Notes under the pieces: generated by a model
The model's database searches: none
The model's input: only the letters and a program-made list of their open reading frames with translations
Told to the model about the DNA's origin: nothing
Part shown: positions 49,616 through 63,346 of the stretch, piece after piece
Layout: every line of letters begins with the position of its first letter
Numbering within the stretch: the stretch's first letter is position 1
From: Octopus sinensis
Lineage: Eukaryota
Assembly: GCF_006345805.1 (NCBI RefSeq)
Contig: NC_042998.1
Location: 207,204,001-207,268,000 of the forward strand
Length of the DNA: 64,000 nt
Direction of reading: 5' to 3'
Position numbers and translations under genes: made by a program

Positions 49616-50329
49616 ATAACTTTAGTACTAATAATATTTGTGGAGCATCCCTCTGTCTCTAAATCCCTGGGTTTTTTTATGTGTGAACTGTTATAGTGGA
49701 AAGTATGACAGAACAGGAGATTTAATACCTCATGGTCATTAGTTTGGTCCCTTACAGCTTCCAAGTCGAGATACATGCAGGGTAATATTTCTGTTTCGCT
49801 TTTCAGAATAAAACAAGAATTGCTAATATCTTCATAGGATCACCGTCATTTCTCAGCTGTTTCTGCTGTAGGCACAAGGATTGTAATTTTGGAGTCTAAT
49901 TAATTACATGCACCCCAGAACTTGGCTGGTAATTATTTTGTTGACCCCGTAAGGAAGAAAGGCTGTGTTGACCTCGGCAGAATTCGAACTCAGAATGTGA
50001 AGACAGATGAAATGGTGCTCAGCATTTTTTCCAGCGTGCCAGCACACTATTCTCAATAATCGACGTAAGGAATCCTTGAAGACATATTTGATATAAGATG
50101 GCACCAACAAATTGTGGTCGTTGCCAGCCCTCTCTGGCCACTGTGCTGGTGGCATGTATAAAGCACCCACTACCATCTCTGAGTGGTTGGTGTTAAGGAC
50201 ATCCAGCTGTAGAAACACTGCCAGATCAGATTGGAGTGTGGTGCAGCCTCCTGGCTTCCCAGACCCCAGTCGAACCGTCCAACCCATGCCAGCATGGAAA
50301 ACGGACATTGAACGATGATGATGATAATT

Positions 50330-50495
50330 CGAGAACAGAGCAGAGTGAATGACCTGATCGCAGAGTACCAAAAGCACAAATTCCACTGGGTCGGACATGT
50401 TGCAAGGTTCAAAGACAAGAGGTGGGCTCATGCAGTTGCCAAGTCTAAGCAAGGGATCCGAAAAAGGTCACTTGGAAACCCTCCATGACGATGGA
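50330..50495 (+). mobile_element. RTE LINE C-terminal fragment
   Basis: IREQSRVNDLIAEYQKHKFHWVGHVARFKDKRWAHAV...KRSLG.PP.RW. Confidence 0.6.
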
Positions 50496-52399
50496 AAAAT
50501 CATCATCATCATCGTTTAACGTCCGCTTTCTATGCTAGCAGGAGTTGGACGATTTTGACTTAGGTCTGGCGAACCAGATGGCTGCACCAGACTCTAATCT
50601 GATCTGGCAGAGTTTCTACAGCTGGATGCCTTTCCTAACGCCAACCACTCTGAGAGTGTAGTGGGTGCTTTTACGTGCCAGTCAGGCGGTACTGGCAACG
50701 ACCTCGCTCGAATCTTTTACACATGCCAACCGGCACAGGTGCCAGTAAGGCGATGCTGGTAATGATCATGCTCGGATGGTGCTCTTAATACCTTACTAGC
50801 ACGGGACTCAAGTGCCAATAAGGCGTCACTGGTAACGATCACACTCAAATGGTGCCTTTTAAGTGCCAATGGCACTGAAGTCGGTTAGCTGCTCTGTCAA
50901 TGATCTATTTAATTGTTTCGGCCTGGCTGGTTCATATTTGTACCAGTCGAAAATATTACAAGCCAAATCCTTAAAATTCCTATTCTATGTGAAATCAGTA
51001 TAACACTGCTCCGGTCTTTCTGGTAAATGTGCAGTGCCAGACGTATGATCAGAGTTTGTGACACTATGACAGCTGAAAAGGCTCGCATGCGTAGAACCCC
51101 ACCCTCCCGCCATAACCGACATGAGAAAAAATTCCGGGTTGAAAAGGTTAACCATTTTGGGTCAAGACGGAAAAGATTGGTGCAATCAAAACAGAATTGG
51201 AAGCGCATTGTGACCAGCGGTATATATATTTCTTTACTACCCACAAGGGGCTAAACACAGAGGGGACAAACAAGGATAATAGACAAAGGGATTAAGTCGA
51301 TTCTATCGACCCCAGTGCGCAACTGGTACTTAATTTATCGACCCCGAAAGGGATGAAAGGCAAAGTCAACTTCGGCGGAATTTGAACTCAGAACGTAACG
51401 GCAGACGAAATACGGCTTCGCATTTCGCCCGGCGTGCTACCGTTTCTGCCAGCTCGCCAGCATCTGGGAGTCTGCTCGATGCTGTTATAAGGAATCGTGG
51501 GAGTTATTTCCCTTGATCATTATTAGAGTTATTTACCTTGGATTGATAATTTACTTGGCCGTCTTTATTCGGGTAGACGAGGAAATAGTTTAGAAGGCCT
51601 TCAAAGTGGTTTGTACCTGCAAGTTCAAAGGGTATAGCCTTGTCACACACGGTTTCACCCTGATTCTACTTCAGAGCTACATTAATGGTGACTTGTCTTT
51701 GGAGTACTCAGCCACTCACATGCTACTAATCCAATGAGTTGATAGTCCAGTTGATCAAACAACCAGTTACTCATCGTCGAAACTGACGCAGTACCATTTA
51801 CTATTACAGTTATATTTATTTTATTTTGTTTTTGTTTTAGTGCTATGTTTTTTTTTGTCTTTTTGAGTGGTTTAAATGGCTTCTCTGTGTTGTAATTATT
51901 TCAGTTTCAACAAACTGCGTGGCTGTGTGGTAAGAAGCTTTCTTCTAAACCACATGGTTCTAGGTTCAGTCCCACTGTGTGGCACCTTGGGCGAGTGCCT
52001 TCTACTACAGCTTTGGTCCGACTAAAGCCTTGTGAGTGGATTCGGTAGACAACATACATTGTGTGTGTGTGTGTGTGTGTGTGTCTGTGTTTCCAACCAC
52101 TGCTTGACAACCATTGTTGGTGTGTTTACATCCCTGTAACTGCAGTCCAGCTAAAGAGATCAGCAGATTATATATCTGGCTAAAAAAAATCCCCAAAATA
52201 TCAGGATTGAATCATTTGACTAAAGATTCTTCAAGGCTTTGCTCCAACATGGTCGCAGTCTAATGCCTGAAACAAGTAAAAGACAAAAAAAAATCACACC
52301 ATGCTATAATCCTCTCCAGATCGTTGACTACAGAAGTCTGCATCTTATATTTCCTTTTATTAATTTTTCTAGTTCTATATTTAACAGATGAGCAATTAT

Positions 52400-52865
52400 T
52401 TACATAATTTACATTTGACGGATATTTGTCCTCATCTTGTTTGTTGTTAACACAACATTTCGGCTGATATACCCTCCAGCCTTCATCAGGTGTCTTGGGG
52501 AAATTTTGAACATGGGTTCTCATTCCTAAGATATTTTTTGATATTATTATTATTATTATAATTCAGGTCACTGCCTGGAATTGAACTCGGAATCTTGGAG
52601 TTAGTAGCCTGTGCTCTAAGCCATGGGCAAAAGGTGTAGTAGTTAAGAGCGCGGGCTACTAAACCCTAAGATTCCGAGTTCAATTCCAGGCAGTGACCTG
52701 AATAATAATAATAATAACAACAATAATAATAACATTGAAAAATACCTTAGGAATGAGAATCTAGGTTCAAAGTTTCCCCAAGACACCAGATGAAGGCTGG
52801 AGGGTATATCAACCAAAACATGTTAACAAGATGAGGACAAATATCCTTCGAATATAAATAATGTA
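52400..52865. mobile_element. Two family G elements head-to-head forming a ~230-bp-arm palindrome
   Basis: 52400-52620 (minus) and 52640-52865 (plus), each tRNA head-(AAT)n-3' module. Confidence 0.85.
52449..52494 (-). ncRNA. Candidate minimal hammerhead-like motif of family G (best copies 52449-52494 and 56120-56165)
   Basis: gacac-CUGAUGA-a-ggcug[gaggguauau]cagcc-GAAA(U/C)-GUU-guguu. Confidence 0.45.
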
Positions 52866-53109
52866 CAATTTTTCCAGTGTATTTTCCACAGAGACATTCT
52901 AACCAAACAATCTTTCCCCAGGGTTTTCTCCATCTTCATCTATTTGAGTTATCATCCAAACATATGCTAATTCATGGATGAGCCATTTTAATCAAGTCAT
53001 AAATTATACTGTAATCCTGTAATCTCGGTTTTATCCTGCAAGAGAAAATAGTCTGAAGGGTAATGCATTTCTGTATGTGGGAGTTATTATTACCTCCACC
53101 TTCACTACA

Positions 53110-53522
53110 ACAGGGGTATTTGTGTCCAATGGCATCACTTTGTCTCCAACAATTCGCTGCGACACCAGTGCAGAATCACCTCCCTCTGACAAGTCATCCT
53201 AACGAGACGTCTGCATTGGCTGGGTCATGCCCTCCATCATCAACCAGGAGAATTCATCTACGAAGCAATTGCCCCAGCTCCCCTTCAGGGTTGGCAAAAA
53301 CGATGTGGTGGACAATGAAAAACCTGGCTGATGACAGTCAAGGCTGATCTGGAACCCAACCTAGGCCCTCATGTCTATGGTATTCACCGCTGGAATAAGG
53401 AGTGGTTGGAGATTACGCGGTTGTTAACCTCAAATCGCCAGGTCTGGTTGGCGTTTGCGAGAGATGCAGCATTGAGGATGAATGAAGCCAGCTCAACCCA
53501 CCCCGGGTGAATGCTGTCTCAA
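53110..53522 (+). mobile_element. RTE LINE C-terminal fragment
   Basis: LTRRLHWLGHALHHQPGEFIYEAI.P.P..GWQKR.GGQ.KTWLMTVKADLEP.LGP.VYG..RWNKEW. Confidence 0.7.
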
Positions 53523-53534
53523 GACATGAAGAAG

Positions 53535-53885
53535 AGAAGACAAGGCAGGGGTATTGTTTTCAGTTGTGTTTGTTTGTCTGTGGACAAGATATCTCAAGCC
53601 CTGCTGAATGGATTCAGATGAAACTTTCAGGGATGTTTGGCCTCATGACTGACACAAACTGATTAGATTTTGAGATCAATCCAGTACCAGACAAGGATTC
53701 TGGATTATTTTTCTGTTTTTTTTTTATTTAATTTTTGAGTGAGGTCGGGTTCATTTTTAGTATTTTCGTTTGTGAGAGCAGTTGAGTTTATTTCAGATAT
53801 TCTCATTTTAAAAATCCTCCCTGGCAAATCATTGAGAAGATGATGGTGTTGCCCTGGCAGAGCTTTGCACCATCTGAGTGCTCTT
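53535..53885. mobile_element. Non-autonomous Helitron/Helentron-like element
   Basis: gttttcagttgtgtttgtttgtctg...gatgaaactttca...gattagattttg..gatc...ggattctggatt...ggcagagctttgcac..ctgagtgctct resembles HINE-type layouts; family not verified. Confidence 0.45.
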
Positions 53886-54447
53886 ATCTTTGTTTACATT
53901 ATGCAGGTTTGTGTGTGTTAATATATGGAAGAGAAGCATGGTCTATAACAGTGGTTCCCAAAGTGGACGGTATTGATCCCCTGAGGGTGGTGGAAAGTTC
54001 CAAGTGGGTGTTGAAGAAAAGGGGGGGGGGTCAATCTGCCTGTCTGTCTGTCTCATCATCATCGTTTAACGACTGCCTTACCCACTTCTCTCAAAATTTC
54101 TGACCATCTACCAAAATCCAAAATAAATATATGTACATATTCATATACATACATACATCACCATCTTTCTCACATAGATTGGTATTGGCCTTTATTATAT
54201 ATGTGGCACGTAAAAAGCACCATCCGATCGTGGCCGTTTGCCTGCCTCGTCTGGCACCTGTGCAGGTGGCAAGCAAAAAGCACCCACTACACTCACGGAG
54301 TGGTTGGCGTTAGGAAGGGCATCCAGCTGTAGAAACACTGCCAGATCAGACTGGGCCTGGTGCAGCCTTCTGGCTTCCCAGACCCCAGTTAAACCATCCA
54401 ACCCATGTTAGCATGGAAAACGGATATTAAACGATGATGATGATGAT

Positions 54448-54484
<37 letters not shown>

Positions 54485-54906
54485 TATAATTTTTTATGGG
54501 TTTCTGTTTTTTTTCTATTACATTCATAAAAGATATGTGTGCATACACACACACAGAGACAGACATACACACACACATAGATAAAGGCACACATACACAC
54601 ATGTATGCACACGAACATATGCAAGATAGAGCCAAGTACCAATGTACCCATGTGACAGGCTTGATAATTGTTGAGATTTTGTTGCATGAAACCATTGGTA
54701 GCCTTCTTAAAAACAAATACAGTACACACACACACACACACACATATATTTATATATATATATATATATATAATAATGAAAGCAGTGGCTGCTGGTACTA
54801 CTACTCCTACTACTACTACTACTTAATCTAAGATTATCTGAATTTCCCCCAAAACTAAATTAGTGTCTCATATGCTTGTATCTTTCTTTTCCTTGCCATT
54901 TTTCAG

Positions 54907-55036
54907 GCTCTCCAAGAAATCCAGAATAACTACGCTGACTTAAGCTACAGTCAAAGAACATCACTTGCTATTAAACCCGAAGATATATTCCTACGTTTTA
55001 TTTATGAAATCGGAATGATGTTTGATGACAATGAAA
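54907..55036 (+). CDS. MAIP1: MAIP1 exon 3 (130 nt); later exons not found in the window
   Basis: ccatttttcag|GCT...GAAA|gtaagt; ALQEIQNNYADLSYSQRTSLAIKPEDIFLRFIYEIGMMFDDNE vs human VLHALKEKVTSLPDNHKNALAANIDEIVFTSTGDISIYYDEK. Confidence 0.85.
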
Positions 55037-55455
55037 GTAAGTCGTTTAGTATTCTCTCTCTTTGTGGTTGTGAGTGTTGCTTGCATGAAAAGGAGAGGAA
55101 CTGTATTCCCATCCATCCATTTATCTCCTGCCCCAAACCATTCTTGGAGGATTGTGAGGGTAGGGTCTCCAGGCACCTCTTCCACAGGGTCCTCTCAGAA
55201 GCAACCTTCGTGAGACTCCCTGGCTAGATTCCCAAGTGTGACCAATTGAGACTATACTCTTTTACTTGTTTCAGTCATTTGACTGCGGCCATGCTGGAGT
55301 ACTACCTTTAGTCGAGCAAATCGACCCCAGGACTTATTCTTTGTAAGCCTAGTACTTATTCTATTGGTCTCTTTTGCCGAACCGCTAATGTTATGGGGAC
55401 ATAAACAAACCATTGGTTGTCAAGCGATGATGGGGGGACAAACACAGACACACAA

Positions 55456-55486
<31 letters not shown>

Positions 55487-55662
55487 TACATATATACAAC
55501 GGGCTTCTTTCAGTTTCTGTCTACCAAATCTACTCACAAGGCTTTGGTTGGCTTGAGGCCATAGCAGAAGGCACTTGTTCAAGATGCCACACAGTGGGAC
55601 TGAACCAGGAACCATGTGGTTGGTAAGCAAGCTTCTTACCACACAACCACACCTGCGCCTTA

Positions 55663-55873
55663 TATTGGGTTGGCAAGAAAGTAATTTCGGTTTTTTAGTA
55701 TGAAATAAGTAATTTTTTAATTCATACAAAGAATTCATTTTAATCAATTATATTTTTTCCATTTTACCCGATGACCTTTTTGCCATCTTTCTGGCAACTT
55801 CCTGTGTCTGCGCTCATAGAACTTCTGGTCCTCATCAGCCCGGAACTGAAGCAAGTGTGATTTCAGGTCATGA
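55663..55873 (-). mobile_element. Mariner transposon 3' fragment with TIR
   Basis: DLKSHLLQF.ADEDQKFYER..LPERWQK; TIR ttgggttggcaagaaagtaatttcggtt next to TA. Confidence 0.75.
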
Positions 55874-56061
55874 TTATTCAATATATATATATATATCATT
55901 ACATATGCCCACTCCTCAGTGGGGTGGCCATTTCAAAGAAGCTATGTCTACCTGCTTAGAACAAAGAACTCAGATATGAGTCTGAGAGTAAATAAGCATT
56001 TCATCCATAATTTGCAAGTCCAACAAAATATAGTTTAGTTCCGTTCTATATTTAAGAGATG

Positions 56062-56312
56062 AGGAATTATTTACATTATTTACATTTGACGGATATTTGT
56101 CCTCATCTTGTTTGTTTTTAACACAACGTTTCAGCTGATATACCCTCCAGCCTTCATCAGGTGTCTTGGGGAAATTTCGAACCTGGGTTCTCATTCACTC
56201 CATAATTGCCCACGGGCATATGGCGTAGTGGTTAAGAGCACGGGCTACTAACCTCAAGATTCCAAGTTCATTCCAGGCAGGGACCTGAATAATAATAATA
56301 ATAATAATAATA
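56062..56312. mobile_element. Family G: inverted 3' module (minus) fused upstream of a plus-strand tRNA head
   Basis: ...ccttcatcaggtgtcttggggaaatttcgaacctgggttctcattc|actccataattgcccacgggcatatggcgtagtggttaag; same layout at 48226-48430. Confidence 0.75.
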
Positions 56313-57015
56313 AAGAAGCAACAAAAAAAAAGAAGAGTGCTATTGTTATCAAGTGAACGATACATGGGCATCTAGCATGCCTTCCGCAGTTTCCAAACTA
56401 AACTTGGCCATCTACTGCATTTTTGGTAATATTTTATAGGATTGAGGTAACTCCTCCAATAGGTATCATCATCATCATCATTATCATAATTTAACGTCCA
56501 TTTTCCCTGCTGGCATGGGTTGGATGGTTCAACTGGGATCTGGGAAGCCAGAAGGCTGCACCAGGCTCCAGTCTGATCTGGCAATGTTTCTACGGCTGGA
56601 TGCCCTTCCTAACGCCAAACACTCCGTAAGTGTAGTGGGTGCTTTTTACGTGCCACCGGCACAGGCAGACGGCCACGATTGGATTGTGCTTTTTACGTGC
56701 CACCGGCACGGAGGCCAGTCGGGCGTATACAGAAGCAAAGAAAGAAGAGTGCCATTGCTTTCAAGTGAACGATATTTGGGCCTCTAGTGTGCCTTTCACA
56801 GGTTCCAGTATACCTATTGGAGGGGTTACCTCAACCCTATAAAATATTACCAAAAATGAAGTAGATTGGCAAATTTAGTTTTTGAACTTGTGGAAGGCAC
56901 ACGAGATGCCGAAATATCGTTTACTTGATAACAATGGCACTCTTCTTTTTTTTTGCTTCTCAATCCTATAAAATTAGGCTTGACATATTTACATTGAGCA
57001 TAGAAAAATATAAGA

Positions 57016-57057
<42 letters not shown>

Positions 57058-58022
57058 CATCATCATATAATGTCTGCCTTCCATGCTAGCATAGGTGGGA
57101 TGATTTGACAAGAGCCAGCCAGGCAGAAGCATGCAATCCTATAAAATAATATTAATAATAATAATAACAACAACATTGAAAAATACCTTAGGAATGAGAA
57201 CCCAGGTTTGAAATTTCCCCAAGACACCAGATGAAGGCTGGAGGGTATATCAGCTGAAACATTGTGTTAACAACAAACAAGATGAGGACAAATATCCGTC
57301 AAATGTAAATAATGTAAATATAGTTTGTTGCTCTAATTATTAGGGATTAAATATTTGGCTGAAGCAGCTATTGAGATAGGCCATTACATAATTTCTTTTA
57401 CACTATGCCTAACTCTCACTCCCCAATCCTGTCCTCACGGCATTTGGAAGAGCATTCAGCTGTAAAAATCCTGCCAAAACAGTCACAGAAGTCTGGTGCA
57501 GGCTTCTGCCTGGCCGGCTCTTGCGGTACCATCCCACCCATGCTAGCATGGACGGCAGACGTTAAATGATGATGATGATGTTATATATATATAGGCGCAG
57601 GAGTGGCTGTGTGGTAAGTAGCTTGTTTGCCAACCACATGGTTCTGGTTCAGTTCCAATGCATGGTACCTTGGGCAAGTGTCTTCTACTATAGCCTTGGG
57701 CTGACCAATGCCTTGTGAGTGGATTTGGTAGACGGAAACTGAAAGAAGCCCGTCGTATATATATATATAATATATATATATTATATATATATATATATAT
57801 GCATGTGTGTGTGTTTGTGTGTCTGTGTTTGTCCCTCTAGCATTGCATGACAACTGGTGCTGGTGTGTTTACGTCCCCGTCACTTAGAGGTTCAGCAAAA
57901 GAGACCGATAGAATGAGTACTGGGCTTACAAAAGAATAAGTCCCGGAGTCGAGTTGCTCGATTAAAAGCTGTGCTCCAGCATGGCCGCGGTCAAATTACT
58001 GAAACAAGTACAAGAGAAAAGA

Positions 58023-58062
<40 letters not shown>

Positions 58063-59328
58063 ACATACACACACACACACATACATTCTTATATTTTTCT
58101 ATGCTCCATGTAAATATGCCAAGCCTAATTGTGTTCATCTTCTTTACTATCTCTATATATCTATATGTGTGTGCATACATGGTTGTAAACGATTCTTACT
58201 CTCATATACTCTTTTTACTCTTTTACTTGTTTCAGTCATTTGACTGCGATCATGCTGGAGCACCGCCTTTAATCAAGCAACTCGACCCCGGGACTTATTC
58301 TTTTGTAAGCCCAGTACTTATTCTATCGGTCTCTTTTGCCGAACCGCTAAGTGACAGGGACGTATACACACCAGCATCGGTTGTCAAGCAATGCTAGGGG
58401 GACAAACACAGACACACAAACACACACATGCATATATATGTATATACATATATACGACGGGATTCTTTCAGTTTCCGTCTACCAAATCCACTCACAAGAC
58501 TTTGGTCGGCCCGAGGCTATAGTAGAAGACACTTGCCCAAGGTGCCACGCAGTGGGACTGAACCCGGAACCATGTGGTTGGTAAACAAGCTACTTACCAC
58601 ACAGCCACTCCTGCGCCTATATATTTTTTTCCCAATATTCTATGAGAGCTTGTCTGGCCTTAGTTGCTTGGCAACAGGAAGGACATCTGGCTGTAGAATA
58701 TCTGCCTCAGTGGACTCCAGCTTGTCCATGCAAACATGGAACAGTGGATGTTAAATGATGACAAGAGGCTTCTTTTAGTTTCCATTGATCAAATCCAAGA
58801 CTTTGCTCGACCAGGGGCTATAGTAAAAAAACACATTTGCCCAAAGTATCGTGCAGTGGGACTGAACCCAAAACCACATCATTTGAAAACAAACTTCTTC
58901 ATCCCGCAACTAGGCTGCATCTATAACATTTGTCAGAAAACATTTGCGTGGCTGTGTGGTAAGAAGCTTGCTTCCCAAACACATGTTTCCGGGTTCAGTC
59001 CCACTGCCTGGCACCTTGGGCAAGTGTCTCCTACGATAGACTCGGGCTGACCAAAGCCTTGTGAGTGGCTTTTTGTGGATGGAAACTGAAAGAAGCCCAT
59101 CGTATATATATATATACATATGTGGGCACAGGACGTCATGTACAACAAAAAAACATGAAGTACGAATACATGGAATGTAAACTATTTCTTTTGAACAACG
59201 AAAGACACAAATGGAAAACAAAACAATCATCATCATCATCATCCTTGTTGTTTAATGTCTGCTTTCCATGCTGGCATGGGTTGGACATTTTGACTGAGAA
59301 CTGGCTAGCTGGGAGGCTGCACTAGTCT

Positions 59329-59332
<4 letters not shown>

Positions 59333-59387
<55 letters not shown>

Positions 59388-59605
59388 ATGTGTGTGTGTG
59401 TATGTGTGTGTATGTATGTGTGTGTATGTGTGTATATGTGTGTGTATGTATGTATGCATGTGTATGTATGTATGCATGTGTATGTATGTATGCGTGTGTA
59501 TGTATGTATGCGTGTGTATGTGTGTATGCATGTGTATGTGTGTATGCGTGTGTGCGTGTGTATGTATGTGTGTGTGTGTATGTATGTATGTATACACACA
59601 TACAC
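59333..59605. repeat. (TG)n/(TATG)n composite microsatellite; many similar tracts, e.g. 6720-6970, 22520-22705, 29010-29290
   Basis: Read directly. Confidence 0.95.
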
Positions 59606-60662
59606 ACACGAAGTATGTGCTGTCAGTAATTATTCAGGGTAGGCAGTTGGTGACTTTCGTGTTGTAAACTATCATCAAAAGATTTGTCAGTGGATAAAAG
59701 GGTAAAAATATATAAAGATAGTCACTGTCCATTTAGTTTCCATTGATCAAATCCACTCACATGACTTTGGTTGACCAGGGGGCTATAGTAAAAGAGACAT
59801 TTGGCCAAAGTGCCATGGAAATGAGCTAAAATTGATGGAAAAAGCCACAAAACAAAAATAAACGAAACACAGACGTGAGACTGAGTTGAAGGCAGATTTA
59901 TTTCTGCCTTCATAGTATGTATAGAAAACAGTGTTGTAGGAGTGTACGCAGTATGTGTGCTACAGCAGTTCTATGCGTAGCTCAAATACTGAGATTGAAA
60001 AGCAGGGGTGAATTATGCCTATCTAATCTACAAAAAAAAATTAAGTATTTTGCATTTTATACATAGTAATCAGAGTAACATTCATAGTTTTATTGAATTA
60101 GGTGCATATTTTGCTAGAAAAGGAAAATGTTGCTATCATCATCATCATTGTCATCGTTTGATGTCTGCTTTCCATGCTGGCATGGGTTGGATGGTTTGAT
60201 TGAGGACTGGCAAGCCAGAAGGCTGCACCAGGCTCCAATCCAATCTGGCAAAGTTTCTACAGTTAGATGCTCTTCTACAGTTAACGCCAACCACTCTGAG
60301 AATGTAGTGGGTGATTTTTACGTGCTACCGGCACGAGGGCCAGTCAGGCAGTAACTGGCACCGACCACACTTGAATGGTGCTGGCACTGCCTGCCATGCC
60401 CACCTAGGTGACACATCCTGGATATACTCTCCTTTTTTTACTCTCTTTTACTTGTTTCAGTCATTTGACTGTGGCCATGCTGGAGCACCACCTTTAGTCG
60501 AGCAAATTGACCCCAGGACTTATTCTTTATAAGCCTAGTACTTATTCTATTGGCCTCTTTTGCTGAACCAGTAAGTTACAAGGATGTAAACACACCAGCA
60601 TCGGTTGTCAAGCGATGTTGGGGGGGACAAACTCAGGCACACAAACACACACACACACACAC

Positions 60663-60718
<56 letters not shown>

Positions 60719-63310
60719 TATATACGACAGGCTTCTTTCAGTTTCCGTCTACCAAATTCACTCGCAAGGCTTTGGTCGGCCCGAGGCTATAGTAGAAGAC
60801 ACTTGCCCAAGGTGCTATGCAGTGGGATTGAACCCCGGAACCATGTGGTTGGTAAACAAGCTACTTACCACACAGCCACTCCTACGCCTACAATATACAC
60901 AGGTAGAAAAGATATCAGGCTTAAAAAACCCAAAATAATGAGTTCCAATTCATTCATTTAACATTTTTCAAGATGGTGTCCCATCGTGACCACAGTCTGA
61001 TGAGTGAAACAAATAAAAGAGAAATGTGCCTTTGCCTGGGACTGAACATAAAACCATGTGGTTGCGAGGCAAACTTCTTAACCACACAGCCACGTTTACT
61101 GCTGTAAGTCTGGTAAAGTGCATTGCTGTCTCTGACGTAAGAAAGCTGTTGTGATGACAGTCCACCCCAATGATATTTAATACAGTAGAATAGATCAATC
61201 GGATGTACAAATAATGTATGTTGAACATCTTAAATACCAGCCTTTAATTGAGCAGTCAAGATTGACCTTCTAACGAGAAGCCGTCACCATGTCTTCATCG
61301 TTTTATGTTTACAGTTGACGCGTTGTCACACGTTAATCATTTGCTGATGCTGCCTCTCATTGCTAACCTTTTAATGGCAAACAAAGAATACTTTGGGCAT
61401 ACTCTCGCACATCAGTGCTCCTCCCCCCCTGCCAACTTTGTTTCCTCATGACTCTCCGAAAAGTGGATATTTCTTTTTAATGAAATTTTCTATGAATATG
61501 CTTCAGAGAGTGTAGATTATGATTATGTTGGAATTTGTTGTGAAAATATTTTGCCGGGGGTGGAGAGAGGGGTTACAGGAAATTCATATGAGTTGGCTTT
61601 GTTTCCTCATAACTTTCCAATCAATAGATATAGTGGACGTTAAACGACGATGATAATAACGATGATATGTGTATATATGACAGGCTTCTTTCAGTTTCCG
61701 TCTACCGAATCCACTTGAGCCTATAGCAGAAAGGATTATTATTGTTATTATTCCAGGGAATTATTTTGACAAACGTCAGACATTGAAGTTCCATCCATTT
61801 CATTATTTTGAAATTCTTTAATTTCACAGTTCAATCAATCTTTAGTCTACAATACCATCAGGTAGATAATAATAATGATAATAATAATAATAATAGGCGC
61901 AGGAGTGACTGTGTGGTAAGTAGCTTGCTTACCAACCACATGGTTCTGGGTTCAGTCCCACTGCGTGGCATCTTGGGCAAGTGTTTTCTGCTATAGCCTC
62001 GGGCCGACCAATACCTTGTGAGTGGATTTGGTAGACGGAAACTGAAAGAAACCCGTCGTATATATGTATATATATATATATGTATGTGTGTGTTTGTCGC
62101 CCTAGCATTGCTTGACAACCAATGCTGGTGTGTTTATGTCCCCGTTACTTAGCGGTTCGGCAAAAAGAGACCGATAGAATAAGTACTGGGCTTACAAAAA
62201 GAATAAGTCCCGGGGTCGAGTTGCTCGACTAAAGGCGGTGCTCAGCATGGCCGCAGTCAAATGACTGAAACAAGTAAAAGAGTAAAAGAGAGAGAGAGAT
62301 ATGACAGGCTTCTTTCAGTTTCCGTCTACCGAATCCACTTGAGCCTATAGCAGAAAGGATTATTATTGTCATTATTCCAGGAAATTATTTTGACAAACGT
62401 CAGACATTGAATTTTCATCCATTTCTTTATTTTGAAATTCTTTAATTTCACAGTTCAATCAATCTTTAGTCCACAATATCATCTGGTAAATAATAATAAT
62501 GATAATGTCTACAGAAACATCTGGTCTCATAAAATTCTACATAATCTCCTCATTGCTGCACAAATTGTTTCTCTGGATTCATTTTGTAAATCACTTTGTG
62601 CCGTGTTTCGTACAAAATTAGAGACTTTGCTTCAAAACCAAATCCCGCCTGAAATATATAAAAACATGGTCAGACGGCAGAGAGCTGAATATTTAGTAAT
62701 GCAATCTTTTAAGTCTGAGTGGAAATAATATTCAGAGTAATGATAAGTGATGAGAAATTCGAGAAATAAGAAGAATAACTGCCGTCTCATGGATGAGTGG
62801 GTCTGCCGTATTTACTAAGTGGTGTGTGAGTAAATAGGGGCCAAAACCTCCCTTGGGTTTAATTTGATGGAGTGTGAAGTGAGGTGTGTCGCACTTCATA
62901 TTTTGCTAATTAATATACAAGCAGGAGAAGGAAAGTCTCTGCTTGGAAATTACTTTCATTTCTAATTTATCAATATATTTTTTTGTCTTTGGTTTGGTTG
63001 TAGCCATGATCGGTCAGTTTCTCTGTATGTTAAATAGACAGAGATGTGACTGGTAAGAAGCTTGCTTATCAATCAACCACATGGTTCTGGGTTCAGTCCC
63101 ACTGCGTGGCACCTTGGGCAAGTGTCTTATACTATAGGCTTGGGCCTACCAAAGCCTTGGGCTTGGATTTGGTTGCTGGAAACTGAAAGAAGCTCATTGT
63201 GTGTATATATATAATATACATATGTATGTGTATGTTTGTCTCTGTGTGTGTGTTTGTCTGTGTATATATGTGTGTGAGCATGTTTGTGTATCAGTGTGTG
63301 TATGTGTGTT

Positions 63311-63346
<36 letters not shown>

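Noticed and set aside
62432-62728. Candidate MAIP1 exon 4
   Set aside because: The phase-1 reading after the only nearby AG hits a stop and shows no MAIP1 similarity; remaining exons probably lie beyond the window.
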